Part shown: piece after piece, positions 54,576 through 64,000 of the stretch
How positions within the stretch are numbered: the first letter of the stretch is position 1
Layout: each line of letters begins with the position of its first letter
NCBI GenBank assembly: GCA_021800275.1
Contig: JAJYZB010000004.1
Span: forward strand, 83,634 to 147,633
DNA length: 64,000 bases
Direction: 5' to 3'
Source: a bacterium
GTDB lineage: Bacteria > Vulcanimicrobiota > JABDET01
Position numbers and translations under genes: made by a program
Notes under the pieces: generated by a model
Database searches by the model: none
Told to the model about the DNA's origin: nothing
Seen by the model: the letters and a program-made list of their open reading frames with translations, nothing else

Positions 54576-55751
54576 ATGATTGTGGCGATCAGCGCTGTGA
54601 GAACCCCAATGGGAAAGTTTGGAGGGACATTAAAAGATTTTTTTGCCTATGAACTTGGAGGAATTGTGCTCAAAGAAGCATGCAAAAGAGCAAAAATTCC
54701 ACCGCATCAGATTGATGAATGTTTTTTAGGCTGCTGTTTCCTTGCAGGAAATGGGATAAATCCAGCCCGCACCGCTTCCCGATTAGCTGGTTTTCCCGCT
54801 TCTGTCTCAGCAACCACCATTGCAATGGCATGCGCTTCAGGAATGAAAGCAGTGATTATGGGAATACAAAGCATTCTTTCTGGAGATGCGGAAATTGCAG
54901 CAGCCGGTGGAATGGAAAGCGTGAGCAATATTCCTTATCTTTTCGTTGATTCTAGATGGAAACAGCTCAAACAGGGGAACAAAATTCTGTTAGATGGCTG
55001 GTGCGATGCCAGAGACCCTTTCCTTAAAAACCCAAGGGTTGGAAACACTGCGGAAAACCTAATCTCAAAATACAAAATTTCTCGTAAACAGCAAGATATT
55101 TTTGCTTTAGAAAGCCTTCAGAAAGCATTGTCCGCCCAAAAAAAAGGGCTTTTCAAGCCCGAAATTGTTCCTATCCCTTTAAAACACACCTCTCAAAATC
55201 AAATCTTTGCAGAAGACGAGACCATCAGAGAGAACCCATCTCTTAAAGAACTTGAAAAGCTTAACCCTGTTTTTAAAGAAAAAGGGACGCTGACTGCTGG
55301 AAATTCTTCCCAATCCGCAGACGGAGCCTCAGCAGTTCTTTTGACAACTGAAAAAAAAGCCAAAAAAACTGGGACTAAACCTCTTTTCAAAATTTGCTCT
55401 TATGCTGTTGGAGCCGTAGAAAACAAATGGGCTGAGGAAGCCCCAAGCAGGGTCCTCCCAATGGCTCTAAAAAAATCGGGAATGACTTTAAAAGATCTTG
55501 ATTATTTAGAAATCAACGAAGCTTTTGCGGGAATGATTCTCGCCAATTTAAAAATCCTAAACTATGACACAAAAAAATTAAACGTGAATGGAGGTTCCAT
55601 TGCTTTAGGGCATCCCTTAGGATCCAGCGGCAGTCGAATTTTAGTAACGCTTTACCATGTTTTAAAAGAACGCGGCGGGGAAATCGGAGGCGCAGTCATT
55701 GGAGGGGTAGGAGGGGTCGCAGCAAGCATCATCATTCAACGGTATGAATGA
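54576..55751 (+). CDS. acetyl-CoA C-acetyltransferase (thiolase)
   Basis: RBS AGGAGG. AVRTPMGKFGG; active Cys in MACASGMKAV; NEAFA; C-terminal GGSIALGHPLGSSG and GGVGGV; 391 aa. Confidence 0.9.
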   Translation: MIVAISAVRTPMGKFGGTLKDFFAYELGGIVLKEACKRAKIPPHQIDECFLGCCFLAGNGINPARTASRLAGFPASVSATTIAMACASGMKAVIMGIQSILSGDAEIAAAGGMESVSNIPYLFVDSRWKQLKQGNKILLDGWCDARDPFLKNPRVGNTAENLISKYKISRKQQDIFALESLQKALSAQKKGLFKPEIVPIPLKHTSQNQIFAEDETIRENPSLKELEKLNPVFKEKGTLTAGNSSQSADGASAVLLTTEKKAKKTGTKPLFKICSYAVGAVENKWAEEAPSRVLPMALKKSGMTLKDLDYLEINEAFAGMILANLKILNYDTKKLNVNGGSIALGHPLGSSGSRILVTLYHVLKERGGEIGGAVIGGVGGVAASIIIQRYE

Positions 55752-55794
55752 CGTCAGGATACTTTTTTCATCTCTGTTCTGTGAATATGGCAGC

Positions 55795-57462
55795 CTATAG
55801 ATTTAGAGACCCATCTAATTTTGCTTGGAGCATCTGCTGCAGCTCTTTCCTCTTCACTTTCATGGTCGTGGTTTTAGGAAACTCTCCATCCCATAAAATT
55901 AAATCCTTCACTCGTTTGTATTCTGCCATTATCAAGTTAACTTTTTTAATCTCCTCCCAAAGGATTGTTTTCTCTTCTCCATGTGGAACCTTATCCTGAA
56001 CCAATTTATCCCTGTCAGGAATCACCACTGCTGTTACATCCTCATCAGAGGCTACTTTTCTTCCAATCACACAAACCTCTTTAACGTATGGAAGATTCTG
56101 GAGTTTGTATTCAATTTCCTCAGGAAATATTTTCTTCCCTGAGGAGCTGACAATTAAGTTTTTTAGACGCCCTGTAATGTGCAGATACTCATCTTTGTCA
56201 AAATATCCTATATCACCAGTGCAAAAATAGCCATCTTTCATCACTTCTTTTGTCGCAGTTTCATTTTTATAATAACCTTTCATAACGTTCTCACCTTTTG
56301 CCAGAATCTCTCCCTCTTTCTCCCCTTCTGGAGCATCAATCTTTATTTCAACCCCAGGAATAGGACGTCCCACTGAATTTTTCCTGGGGCGATGCAGAGG
56401 ATTAACGGTTAAAACAGGGGAAGTCTCAGTGAGGCCATACCCTTGTAAAACCACAAATCCTAGCTTCTCGAAAAAATCCTGAATTTCACCTGATAAAGGC
56501 GCTCCTCCAGAAACTAGACACCATAAATTCCCCCCAAAACGTTCATGAACTTCTTTAAAAAGCCAGCGGCGGAAAAATTGAAAAGGGAAAAAAGAAGATA
56601 GCTTCAGAGCGGTGTCCAGCTTTTTCTTCTGCCCGGGAGACAGTTGGCGTAGAATTTGATGGTGCAGAAGCGATAAAAAAGCGGGAACCGTGAGCATGAT
56701 TTCAGTGCCAGTTTTTTTCATGGCCTCAAGAATTTGAATCGGTTTTAAAGAATCTTGATAAGTGATCGTGCCTCCACCCAGCAGAGGCGCCAAAAAACCT
56801 CCTGTTAATTCAAAAGTATGATTTAGTGGTAGAATAGAAAGGAACTGAGAATGAAGAAACTCTGCGTGAAAAATCTTTGCAAATGACTGAACATCGCTTA
56901 AAAAATTTCTATGAGACAGCATGACTCCTTTCGGATCCCCTGTTGTTCCAGAAGTAAAAATCATAACAGCGGTGTCATCAGACTTTGATACTATTTGCCC
57001 TAAAGCAGGGGCTTTCGCTCCTTCTTCAATACCTTTTGAAAGGGTAGAAATATTCGAATCCCCTTCATCAAAACAAAGAACAGGTATATTTAAAGGAATT
57101 TGAGCCAGCACAGGGAGGAAATTCTTTGAAGTCACAATCGCCCTGGTCTCGGATTTTTCCAAGATATTCTGTACTTCATTCTTCTTCAGCAGTTTATCAA
57201 TCGGAACAACCACACAGCCCGCGCGGAGAATAGAAAAAAAACCAATCGCCCATTCGGGGCGATTCTCACTCAAAATAGCTATTGAGGCGCCTTCTCCAAA
57301 TCCTTTTGCCTTAAATGCCCGGGCTAAAAGCTCTGAGCTGTCGTGCAGCTGATTATAGGTTAACCGTCTCCATCCATTTCCATCCTGAATCTGTGCCGCT
57401 GTCGCATCCTTAAAACGCAGAGCGCTGCGTTCGAGGATCTCAAACAAGTGATCCACAAGCAA
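55795..57462 (-). CDS. long-chain acyl-CoA ligase (AMP-binding family)
   Basis: AMP motif IFTSGTTGDPKGV, GYGLTET, TGDIGYFD, and a terminal K in MKVKRKE; 555 aa. Confidence 0.85.
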   Translation of the reverse strand: MLVDHLFEILERSALRFKDATAAQIQDGNGWRRLTYNQLHDSSELLARAFKAKGFGEGASIAILSENRPEWAIGFFSILRAGCVVVPIDKLLKKNEVQNILEKSETRAIVTSKNFLPVLAQIPLNIPVLCFDEGDSNISTLSKGIEEGAKAPALGQIVSKSDDTAVMIFTSGTTGDPKGVMLSHRNFLSDVQSFAKIFHAEFLHSQFLSILPLNHTFELTGGFLAPLLGGGTITYQDSLKPIQILEAMKKTGTEIMLTVPAFLSLLHHQILRQLSPGQKKKLDTALKLSSFFPFQFFRRWLFKEVHERFGGNLWCLVSGGAPLSGEIQDFFEKLGFVVLQGYGLTETSPVLTVNPLHRPRKNSVGRPIPGVEIKIDAPEGEKEGEILAKGENVMKGYYKNETATKEVMKDGYFCTGDIGYFDKDEYLHITGRLKNLIVSSSGKKIFPEEIEYKLQNLPYVKEVCVIGRKVASDEDVTAVVIPDRDKLVQDKVPHGEEKTILWEEIKKVNLIMAEYKRVKDLILWDGEFPKTTTMKVKRKELQQMLQAKLDGSLNL

Positions 57463-57467
57463 AACCT

Positions 57468-57926
57468 CTAGTTTACATCCTGATTTTGCCGATCCCGATC
57501 CTGAAGGAAATAACTTTGAGCAAGAAACAAATCAAGTCCCAGCAGCTTCTCCATAACTGTGGCTTTAGAACTTGTTACAAGAGTGAGCCCAATCCCGCTG
57601 AATGAATCAATCTTATTGGCTTCAGCGAATTTGTTTCCTTCCTCAAGAATTTGCTGGAAAGGCTCTTTCCGATCCCGAGAAATAGAGGTGACATATAGAG
57701 AAATCTGCTGATAGGATTCCTGAACTGTCAACATTCCTCGAATTTCTGCGTACTCTAAAAAAGATTGAGGAATCTGCTGCTGCTTCCCCATTTCCAACAA
57801 TACTGTTTTAGGCATTACCTTCCCGACAAGAAAAACTGAAGGAGAACCTTTAGATGCCATGTCCATTACAGTTTTTCCAAGCTGGGTTAAATCTTTAAAC
57901 AGATCTCTTGTGTCTAAGTCTCCCAT
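57468..57926 (-). CDS. hypothetical protein
   Basis: A 152-aa ORF 5 nt upstream of the acyl-CoA ligase start on the same strand. No motif recognised. Confidence 0.45.
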   Translation of the reverse strand: MGDLDTRDLFKDLTQLGKTVMDMASKGSPSVFLVGKVMPKTVLLEMGKQQQIPQSFLEYAEIRGMLTVQESYQQISLYVTSISRDRKEPFQQILEEGNKFAEANKIDSFSGIGLTLVTSSKATVMEKLLGLDLFLAQSYFLQDRDRQNQDVN

Positions 57927-57993
57927 AACACCCCTCTTTCTTTTTTGCCCTCCACAATACCCTTCTTACTTTATCATAAGGATATTCCTTCTG

Positions 57994-58488
57994 TCAAGTT
58001 TTTTTGTTAATTTTTTTTTGTGGGTAATCTAAAATATAAACTTTAATTGTTCTCACTCCAAAATCAATTGCATGACGATACCGATTATAACATAAATCAA
58101 TCCTGTCGCCCTGAATGGCTCCTCCGGTGTCTGCAGCAAGGGCATAGCCATACCCTGGAATATACAATTCCGTCCCCAGGGGGATAACTCTAGGATCAAC
58201 AGCAGCAATTCCTCTGCCTGCTTTAATTCCTACAGCAGTTAGCCCTGATGAACCACATCCATCACATCCTCTAATCCCAGGATCATAAGCAGTCGCTTTC
58301 ATGACTAAATAAGTATTTTGAGGAACCTTCCCTACTGCAGCGAGCTTCCAACTGTTTCCATTCTTATGATAGGCAAAACTTATTTTAGCTGATTTAGCCT
58401 GAGCCTGTCCTGTGCTGAAGCGGCCAAAATTCAAGCCAGTCAATAAACATAAACATACGGTCAACATGATAATGGTCAGTAGTCTCAT
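57994..58488 (-). CDS. 3D-domain (MltA/RlpA-like double-psi barrel) secreted protein
   Basis: ATG 58488 follows AAGGAGG. Signal peptide MRLLTIIMLTVCLCLLTG. Motif ATAYDPG...GRGIAAVDPRVIPLGTELYIPGYGYALAADTGGAIQGDRIDL. Confidence 0.7.
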   Translation of the reverse strand: MRLLTIIMLTVCLCLLTGLNFGRFSTGQAQAKSAKISFAYHKNGNSWKLAAVGKVPQNTYLVMKATAYDPGIRGCDGCGSSGLTAVGIKAGRGIAAVDPRVIPLGTELYIPGYGYALAADTGGAIQGDRIDLCYNRYRHAIDFGVRTIKVYILDYPQKKINKKT

Positions 58489-58660
58489 GTCATCCTCCTT
58501 TTTACTGGAGAGCAGGATAGGGCGCCTCACTCCGTTTCCACTGCCAAAAGGGGTTTACGCGCACAACTCTCTACCAGTTAAAGGTTATATTCTTGTTTTA
58601 AGGCAAATTTCCTCCATTTATAGGAGATTTACCCTGAATTTATAAGTTGCAATCTGCTTT

Positions 58661-59758
58661 TCAATATAACTTTCCTGAATGCTCTTTTATTCGAGCTATA
58701 ATCTCATCAGCTACCTCTTTTGTTCCAACAACCAGAGATTCTTCAGAGGCACTTTTCACATCATAGGTAACCATTTTCCCTTCACTTAATACTTGAGTAA
58801 CCGCTGACTCAACCTGTGCAGCTCGAGCTTCTTCCCCGAGGTGTCTCAACATTAAACAAGAAGAAAGAATAGCTGCCATGGGATTTACTTTATTCTGACC
58901 AGCGTAGCGCGGAGCGCTCCCATGGACAGGCTCAAACACCGCTGCCTTGTCTCCTAAATTGGCGGATGGAGCCAAGCCAAGCCCACCAACAAGCCCTGCG
59001 CACAAATCAGAAACAATATCACCATATAAATTAGGGAGAACCAGAACATCATAAAGTTCTGGCTTTTGAACCAACTGCATGCACATATTATCCACAATCC
59101 GATCTTCAAACTCTACTTCTGGAAACTCTTCTGCAACTGTTCGCGCTGCTCTGAGAAATAAACCATCTGTGGCTTTCATAATATTAGCTTTATGAACAGC
59201 CGTTACTTTTCTTCTTTTATATCGAACAGCGTACTCAAAAGCAAATCGCACAATACGAATCGAGCCTTTCCAGGTAATTAATTTAAAAGAACAAGCGGCA
59301 TCTTCATTCACTTTTATCTTTTCAGTTTCCATAAATTCCCGCAGATGACGCATTTCAGGCGAAGCCTGCTCAAATTCAATCCCTGCATACAAGTCTTCGG
59401 TGTTTTCTCGCACAATGACCAGATCAATATCAAGAAATGGAGATTTAACTCCCGAGAAAGATCGAGCGGGACGAAGATTCACATATAAATCAAGAGCTTT
59501 ACGAATAGCAACATTCACACTTCTAAATCCAGTTCCAACAGGAGTAGTGATAGGACCTTTTAACGCCACTTTATTCATGCGAATACTCTCTAAAACTTTA
59601 TCAGGAATAGGAGAACCAGAAGTCTCAACAGCTTTTTCTCCTGTCTCCTGGACATCCCACTTTACCTGAACCCCAGCAGCTTCTACCACCCTCCTGGCAG
59701 CTTCTACTACCTCTGGTCCTACTCCATCCCCTGGAATTAAAGTAATTGTATATGCCAT
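58661..59758 (-). CDS. icd: NAD-dependent isocitrate dehydrogenase (isocitrate/isopropylmalate dehydrogenase family)
   Basis: [60 protein letters not shown] at 59758; the track start 59839 adds a Trp-rich non-homologous leader. Confidence 0.85.
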   Translation of the reverse strand: MAYTITLIPGDGVGPEVVEAARRVVEAAGVQVKWDVQETGEKAVETSGSPIPDKVLESIRMNKVALKGPITTPVGTGFRSVNVAIRKALDLYVNLRPARSFSGVKSPFLDIDLVIVRENTEDLYAGIEFEQASPEMRHLREFMETEKIKVNEDAACSFKLITWKGSIRIVRFAFEYAVRYKRRKVTAVHKANIMKATDGLFLRAARTVAEEFPEVEFEDRIVDNMCMQLVQKPELYDVLVLPNLYGDIVSDLCAGLVGGLGLAPSANLGDKAAVFEPVHGSAPRYAGQNKVNPMAAILSSCLMLRHLGEEARAAQVESAVTQVLSEGKMVTYDVKSASEESLVVGTKEVADEIIARIKEHSGKLY

Positions 59759-59766
59759 GATAATCC

Positions 59767-60315
59767 CTAATGAACCGCTATGCTGATAGGTCCAGCAAAC
59801 TCTCCAAGGCCTGAACCATGAACTCCAAAAGAAACCCAATTTCTTCCATTCATATTGTCAATCCTAACAATTCTGTTGTTTCCAAAATCAGCAATGTAAA
59901 TCCTCCCTTTTGCATCCAGGGCTATTCCTCTTGGATCATTAAACTCTCCTATTCCGCCTCCAGGATGTCCATAACTCTTCCATCCATCCCCTTGTATATT
60001 GTTCATGCGAATAATCCGATCATTCCCTGAATCCACCAGATAAATCCTTCCTTTCGAGTCAACAGCAATGGCACGTGGCCCATTAAATTGGCCGATCCCT
60101 CTTCCTGCATCTCCTAGTGAAACAAATCCTTTCCCTTCTATATTGTCCATCCTTACCAGGCGATGATTCCAGAAATCTGAAACCAATATCTTAGGCTGAT
60201 ATCCGTGGTAATGGGGGATGTATCTTGCTCTTCCGATCTGAATTCCCAACACAAAAAATGCTAAAGCTAATAAAATCAAGATTAAAAAACGAATGCCATT
60301 TTTTTTCACCATCAA
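59767..60315 (-). CDS. NHL-repeat protein with N-terminal membrane anchor
   Basis: Anchor [17 protein letters not shown]. Four repeats of the type G-x-G-x-F-x-GP-x-(G/A)IA-(V/L)D-x-KGRIY-(L/I)-(V/A)D-x-GN-x-RI-(I/V)R. Confidence 0.75.
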   Translation of the reverse strand: MMVKKNGIRFLILILLALAFFVLGIQIGRARYIPHYHGYQPKILVSDFWNHRLVRMDNIEGKGFVSLGDAGRGIGQFNGPRAIAVDSKGRIYLVDSGNDRIIRMNNIQGDGWKSYGHPGGGIGEFNDPRGIALDAKGRIYIADFGNNRIVRIDNMNGRNWVSFGVHGSGLGEFAGPISIAVH

Positions 60316-60370
60316 TTCCTCCTGGTCACTTATTTTTTCTTCATTTCCGAACGAAAAAAAGAACTCCTTC

Positions 60371-61357
60371 TCAAATATCTACTTCTCCTGATAAAGAGAC
60401 TGCCTTGCTGCTGACAATACTGCCCTCAGAGATTACGCAGTCTCCACCAATAATCGAATTAAAAACATGGACTTTCTCTTTTACAACAACATTTTTCCAA
60501 AGAACACTGTTCGAAATTTTAACGCCTGCTTCAATTTTGCAGTTTTCTCCCAAAACGACATAAGGACCAATCTCAGCGCTTGAATCAATTTGTGCCCCTG
60601 CGCCAGCAAAAACTCCCTCCTTTTGAGCAGAGTCCTCCTGCACTTTTAACGCAATCTGATCATTAAAAAAATCCCGATGAATTTGAAGGTAATTTTTTAA
60701 AGTCCCCATATCCTGCCAGTAACATTCCTGTTTAAGACCATACAACTTGCCGGCCTCTGCAATCTTTGGAAAAATCTCCCTTTCCAGAGAAACTTTCTTT
60801 CCCTCTGGGATCTGCTCCAGGACTTCTGGTTCAATAACGTATATGCCTGCATTAATAAAGTTTGAAGGGGATTTCCCTTTTTCAGGTTTTTCAACAAAAC
60901 GTCGAATCTGGCCTATTGGGTTTAAATCTGCAGCACCGAATGCGCTTGGATCTAAAACAGGCACAAGACCTAAAGTCATTTGCGCTTTTCTATCTTCATG
61001 AAATTTAAGTAGAAGAGAAAGATTAAAACTTGTCACAACATCAGCATTAAAAGCAAGGAAAGTCTCGGTTAAAACCTCTCCTGCATTTTTAATGGCTCCT
61101 CCTGTTCCAAGAGGCTCCTTTTCAACCAAATATTTTAAAGTGAATCCCGTACGTGAAACTTTCTCGCAAAAATCCAATATTTTTTCGGAAAGATAGCCTG
61201 CCAGCAAAATCAGTTCATGAATGTGAAACTGCTCAAGATAAAAAAGAAACTGCTCAAGATAAGGTAAATTTAAGATCGGCACTAATGGTTTAGGAAGCTC
61301 AAGAGTAAATGGCCTAAGCCTGGTGCCTTCGCCGCCCACCAACAAAACAGCCTTCAA
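60371..61357 (-). CDS. sugar-1-phosphate nucleotidyltransferase with left-handed beta-helix C-terminus
   Basis: MKAVLLVGGEGTRLRPFTLELPKPL signature, followed by C-terminal hexapeptide-like repeats; 328 aa. Sugar specificity is not callable. Confidence 0.8.
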   Translation of the reverse strand: MKAVLLVGGEGTRLRPFTLELPKPLVPILNLPYLEQFLFYLEQFHIHELILLAGYLSEKILDFCEKVSRTGFTLKYLVEKEPLGTGGAIKNAGEVLTETFLAFNADVVTSFNLSLLLKFHEDRKAQMTLGLVPVLDPSAFGAADLNPIGQIRRFVEKPEKGKSPSNFINAGIYVIEPEVLEQIPEGKKVSLEREIFPKIAEAGKLYGLKQECYWQDMGTLKNYLQIHRDFFNDQIALKVQEDSAQKEGVFAGAGAQIDSSAEIGPYVVLGENCKIEAGVKISNSVLWKNVVVKEKVHVFNSIIGGDCVISEGSIVSSKAVSLSGEVDI

Positions 61358-61391
61358 ATCATCCCCAAACCTTTCAGACAGCTCATACGCT

Positions 61392-62024
61392 TCATGATTG
61401 ATTTAAAGCATCCCTGGCAGCACAGGCAGCATAGACACTCTCTGCTCCACTTTTCATCAAAACTTCTGCGCATTCAGAAAGAGTTGCTCCTGTTGTAACA
61501 ACGTCATCTACTAAAAGAAAAGAGCGTCCTGAAACAGCTTCTCTCTCTCTAACTCCAAAGGCTCCTGCAACGTTTTTCAATCTCTCTCCTCTTCCCAGAC
61601 CCACTTGATGAGACACTAAACGAATTGTTCTTAAAATATTTTTACACGGTTTTCCTATCACGCTGCTGACACCCATACCTATTACCTCTGCCTGATTGTA
61701 TCCCCTTTTCTGCCACCTCTTTTTATCCATCGGTACTGGCGCTATACAGTGAAAATCCCACCCTTTCTCTCGAACCATAAAGCCAACCATTTTCCCAAGA
61801 GTTTTACCAATAATTTTCTGATGATTAAACTTCAAATCGCGTACTGCCTGTTCAAGAGGAGGAGCATAAAAGCCCAGAGCGGCTCCTTGTAAAACGTGAG
61901 GAATAGAAAAGAGAACAGTATCTTTAGGAAGCTTATTCTGACAAACCGAACAAAAGCCAGAAGATTCATAGGCTTGGCACCCTGAACAGCGAACAGGAAA
62001 AAAAAACTGGAAAAGGAAATCCAC
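61392..62024 (-). CDS. comF: ComF-family phosphoribosyltransferase-like protein
   Basis: N-terminal Cys4 (CSGC...CSVC) and PRTase loop FLLVDDVVTTGATL; 210 aa. Confidence 0.8.
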   Translation of the reverse strand: MDFLFQFFFPVRCSGCQAYESSGFCSVCQNKLPKDTVLFSIPHVLQGAALGFYAPPLEQAVRDLKFNHQKIIGKTLGKMVGFMVREKGWDFHCIAPVPMDKKRWQKRGYNQAEVIGMGVSSVIGKPCKNILRTIRLVSHQVGLGRGERLKNVAGAFGVREREAVSGRSFLLVDDVVTTGATLSECAEVLMKSGAESVYAACAARDALNQS

Positions 62025-62134
62025 AAAAAAACAATTCTACCTTCAACATGCCTTTCCTGGATTCAAACCAATATTTTTAGAAAGAGCGGATAAAAGGAGA
62101 GGAATTTTGCTTTCATGCTAGAAAAACGGTCAAC

Positions 62135-63433
62135 ATGATAACAATTTTAAAAAAAGAAGTCTCAGCAAATTTACCTGCATCTGCAGCTGAAGCAGTGTCT
62201 TCTGACTTAAAAAATGATTTCACCCCATTGATCAACTCTGTAAAAAAAGAATACTGGACAACTCTAGGTCTCCCTTTTCCTGAAGAAGCATCTCCTCTCA
62301 TAAGTGAAGAATCAGACACGGGAGAGATTTATCTGTCGAAAACAGGCAATCTCTTCTATTATACAATTTCTGATAGAAGAAAACGGCTTGAATGCGGGGG
62401 ACTTCTGAAAAATGATGGAGCTCAAGAGTTCAATCAATTTTCAGAACGAATCGGCAGTTCACTTCAGCGTGAATTGAAAGTAAAAGATATAAAATGGAAG
62501 ACTTTAACAAGAGATGAAACTTTTCAAAATCTTAGTTCTTATGGTATCCCGCTGAGCCCAACCAAAGAGGAACTTGCCACAGCGCATGAATTAGAAAATC
62601 CCGATCTTCTTCACGTTCTCATGAACACTCAAAACCTGCTCTCCTATTCAGCTCGAAATCTGGCAAATCTTTTGGAAGACAAAATGAAAGCCGATACCAT
62701 TTTAGAGAAGCTGGTGCAGACAAAACTGATGACAAAAGATTTTGTGGTTTTATGCAAGGAAAAAGGACAGCAAATTATTAAAGTGGCGTCTAGACAAGCT
62801 ATTGAAGAAACTTCTCAAAAAGGACTTAAGTGCTTTTTGTGCGGCAAACCTATTTCAGAAGAAAATATTGAAGAACTATTATGCAATACTGAACTTGGCA
62901 GAAAAATGATTGATAAAGGCTACTGGATGCCTGTCAGAGTTTTAGAAACACTGGGCAGACTTGGGATTAAAAACCAGGAAGTCGTCAAAGAAGCGGAAGA
63001 AGATTTTTTTACACTCTATTTCCTCTCCTCGGGTGAAATCGTGATGGCAGCCACCCTGCCCAGAAAATTCTCTCTCTCTGACGCCTACACCTTAAATGCT
63101 AAACTTTCAGTCTCACAAGCTGGCGTAGGAATCGTAGTCAGCACTCATCCGGTGTCCATAATTTATAAAGAATTTTTAATTCAATCTAATCCTGAGCGGT
63201 CACTTTATTTTTTGGAAATTTTTTCAAACCTTGAAGAAAGACTCGAACAAATCATTAAAACACAGCAGCAGGAAACCATACGAAGAGTTACAGAGTCTTT
63301 CACAAAATTTACCTCTGTCACTCTTTCCGATCTGGTCTGCCAAAAGCTCTTCGGAATTGATGAAGCTAAAAAAACCATGCCAGTATCTTCTCCACAGAAA
63401 AAAGGGCGTGGAAAACAAGAAACTGAAGAATAA
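62135..63433 (+). CDS. hypothetical protein (432 aa)
   Basis: A long ORF with non-repetitive composition, divergent from comF. Contains KCFLCGKP...LLCN and a Lys/Glu-rich tail. No SD and no family recognised. Confidence 0.5.
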   Translation: MITILKKEVSANLPASAAEAVSSDLKNDFTPLINSVKKEYWTTLGLPFPEEASPLISEESDTGEIYLSKTGNLFYYTISDRRKRLECGGLLKNDGAQEFNQFSERIGSSLQRELKVKDIKWKTLTRDETFQNLSSYGIPLSPTKEELATAHELENPDLLHVLMNTQNLLSYSARNLANLLEDKMKADTILEKLVQTKLMTKDFVVLCKEKGQQIIKVASRQAIEETSQKGLKCFLCGKPISEENIEELLCNTELGRKMIDKGYWMPVRVLETLGRLGIKNQEVVKEAEEDFFTLYFLSSGEIVMAATLPRKFSLSDAYTLNAKLSVSQAGVGIVVSTHPVSIIYKEFLIQSNPERSLYFLEIFSNLEERLEQIIKTQQQETIRRVTESFTKFTSVTLSDLVCQKLFGIDEAKKTMPVSSPQKKGRGKQETEE

Positions 63434-63450
63434 AAAAACAAACGCTTAGG

Positions 63451-64000
63451 TTAAAGCTCCTGAAAAGCCAGAGATAAATTCTCTGCCAGAAGACTAGCTG
63501 TTATTCCACGTATTCCTCTTTTTTGTTTTAAGAGATCTCCTGTCCTTCCATGAATAAAAACAGCAGAGCAGGCTGCTTCAACCGGGCTCATTCCCTGGGC
63601 TAGCAGTGATGCAAGGAGTCCTGTTAAAACATCTCCTGACCCCCCAACCGCTATTCCTGGATTTCCTGTTAAATTGAGATACACTTGTTCCGGAGCGGCA
63701 ACTATTGTGGAAGCGCCTTTTAAAACGAGAATACAATTCCAATCCTTCGCTTTTTGAACTGCCAACTCCCAGCGCTGCTCTCGAACGGTTTCCTGGGAGA
63801 TCCCGCACAGCCTTGCCATTTCCCCTTCATGCGGAGTTAAGATCCAGTTTAATCTGCCATTTTTCTTTAAAAACAGATCGTCGAGCGGATAAAGAGCATC
63901 TGCATCAATCACGATATTTCCTTGATAGTCCTGAAGAACCATCTTCACATATTCCCCAGTTTCAGAATCTCTTCCAATTCCTGGACCTAATGCGGCGGCG
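63451..64000 (-). CDS. nnrD: ADP-dependent NAD(P)H-hydrate dehydratase (YjeF C-terminal domain), 5' end beyond the window
   Basis: The frame is open to the window edge (..AAALGPGIGRDSETGEYVKMVLQ..). Motifs VIDADAL, ILTPHEGE, GGSGDVLTGLLASLLAQG. Confidence 0.8.
   Translation of the reverse strand, partial: AAALGPGIGRDSETGEYVKMVLQDYQGNIVIDADALYPLDDLFLKKNGRLNWILTPHEGEMARLCGISQETVREQRWELAVQKAKDWNCILVLKGASTIVAAPEQVYLNLTGNPGIAVGGSGDVLTGLLASLLAQGMSPVEAACSAVFIHGRTGDLLKQKRGIRGITASLLAENLSLAFQEL

Noticed and set aside
58489-58660. Riboswitch (for example the c-di-AMP ydaO class) in the 172-nt leader of the 3D-domain cell-wall gene
   Set aside because: Genes of this type are known ydaO-class targets, so I read the leader on the coding strand. 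I could not find the conserved G-rich/ACGGGG-type cores or the pseudo-symmetric helices. An Infernal scan would settle it.

Overview
A densely packed bacterial chromosomal window, AT-rich by eye (GC not computed). Most genes lie on the minus strand, and many neighbours share overlapping stop/start codons. All family calls come from motifs read in the translations; no searches were run.

The backbone is housekeeping:
- a CdaR-like gene, then glmM-glmS-proC
- bioA, ribD, obg
- rpsB-tsf-pyrH-frr-(small ORF)-uppS-cdsA
- cdd and a SpoIID-like gene
- mutL, mutS
- dprA-topA-trmFO-hslV
- lysC-asd, rho
- ssrA (tmRNA)
- thiolase, acyl-CoA ligase, enoyl-CoA hydratase, icd, comF, nnrD
- three tRNAs: Lys-CTT, Arg-TCG, His-GTG
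- several two-component and GGDEF signalling genes

Between these blocks sit accessory-looking loci:
1. Three tandem, translationally coupled paralogs with a protein-kinase / PI3K-PI4K-like catalytic signature lie just upstream of the rpsB operon. One copy has lost the putative catalytic Asp. This is my best candidate for an undescribed system.
2. Three minor-pseudopilin genes stand alone, and one fuses a GspI-like pilin head to a Cys-rich seven-blade RCC1-type propeller.
3. A 183-bp unit containing the last 21 nt of ssrA is duplicated directly downstream of the tmRNA gene. Each copy also holds an inverted, T-arm-like segment. The tmRNA itself appears to encode an unusually long tag ending in AVAA.
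4. A two-HKD PLD-superfamily protein is divergently paired with a hydrophobic-hairpin protein. Neither has a signal peptide.
5. A Gly/Tyr-rich low-complexity protein carries a phage-tail-lysozyme-like C-terminus.
6. Two divergent retropepsin-like genes are present, one interrupted by an in-frame TAA.
7. cdsA has a conserved N-terminus that is reachable only from a non-canonical CTG start overlapping the uppS stop codon.

I recognised no CRISPR array, transposase, integrase or rRNA.
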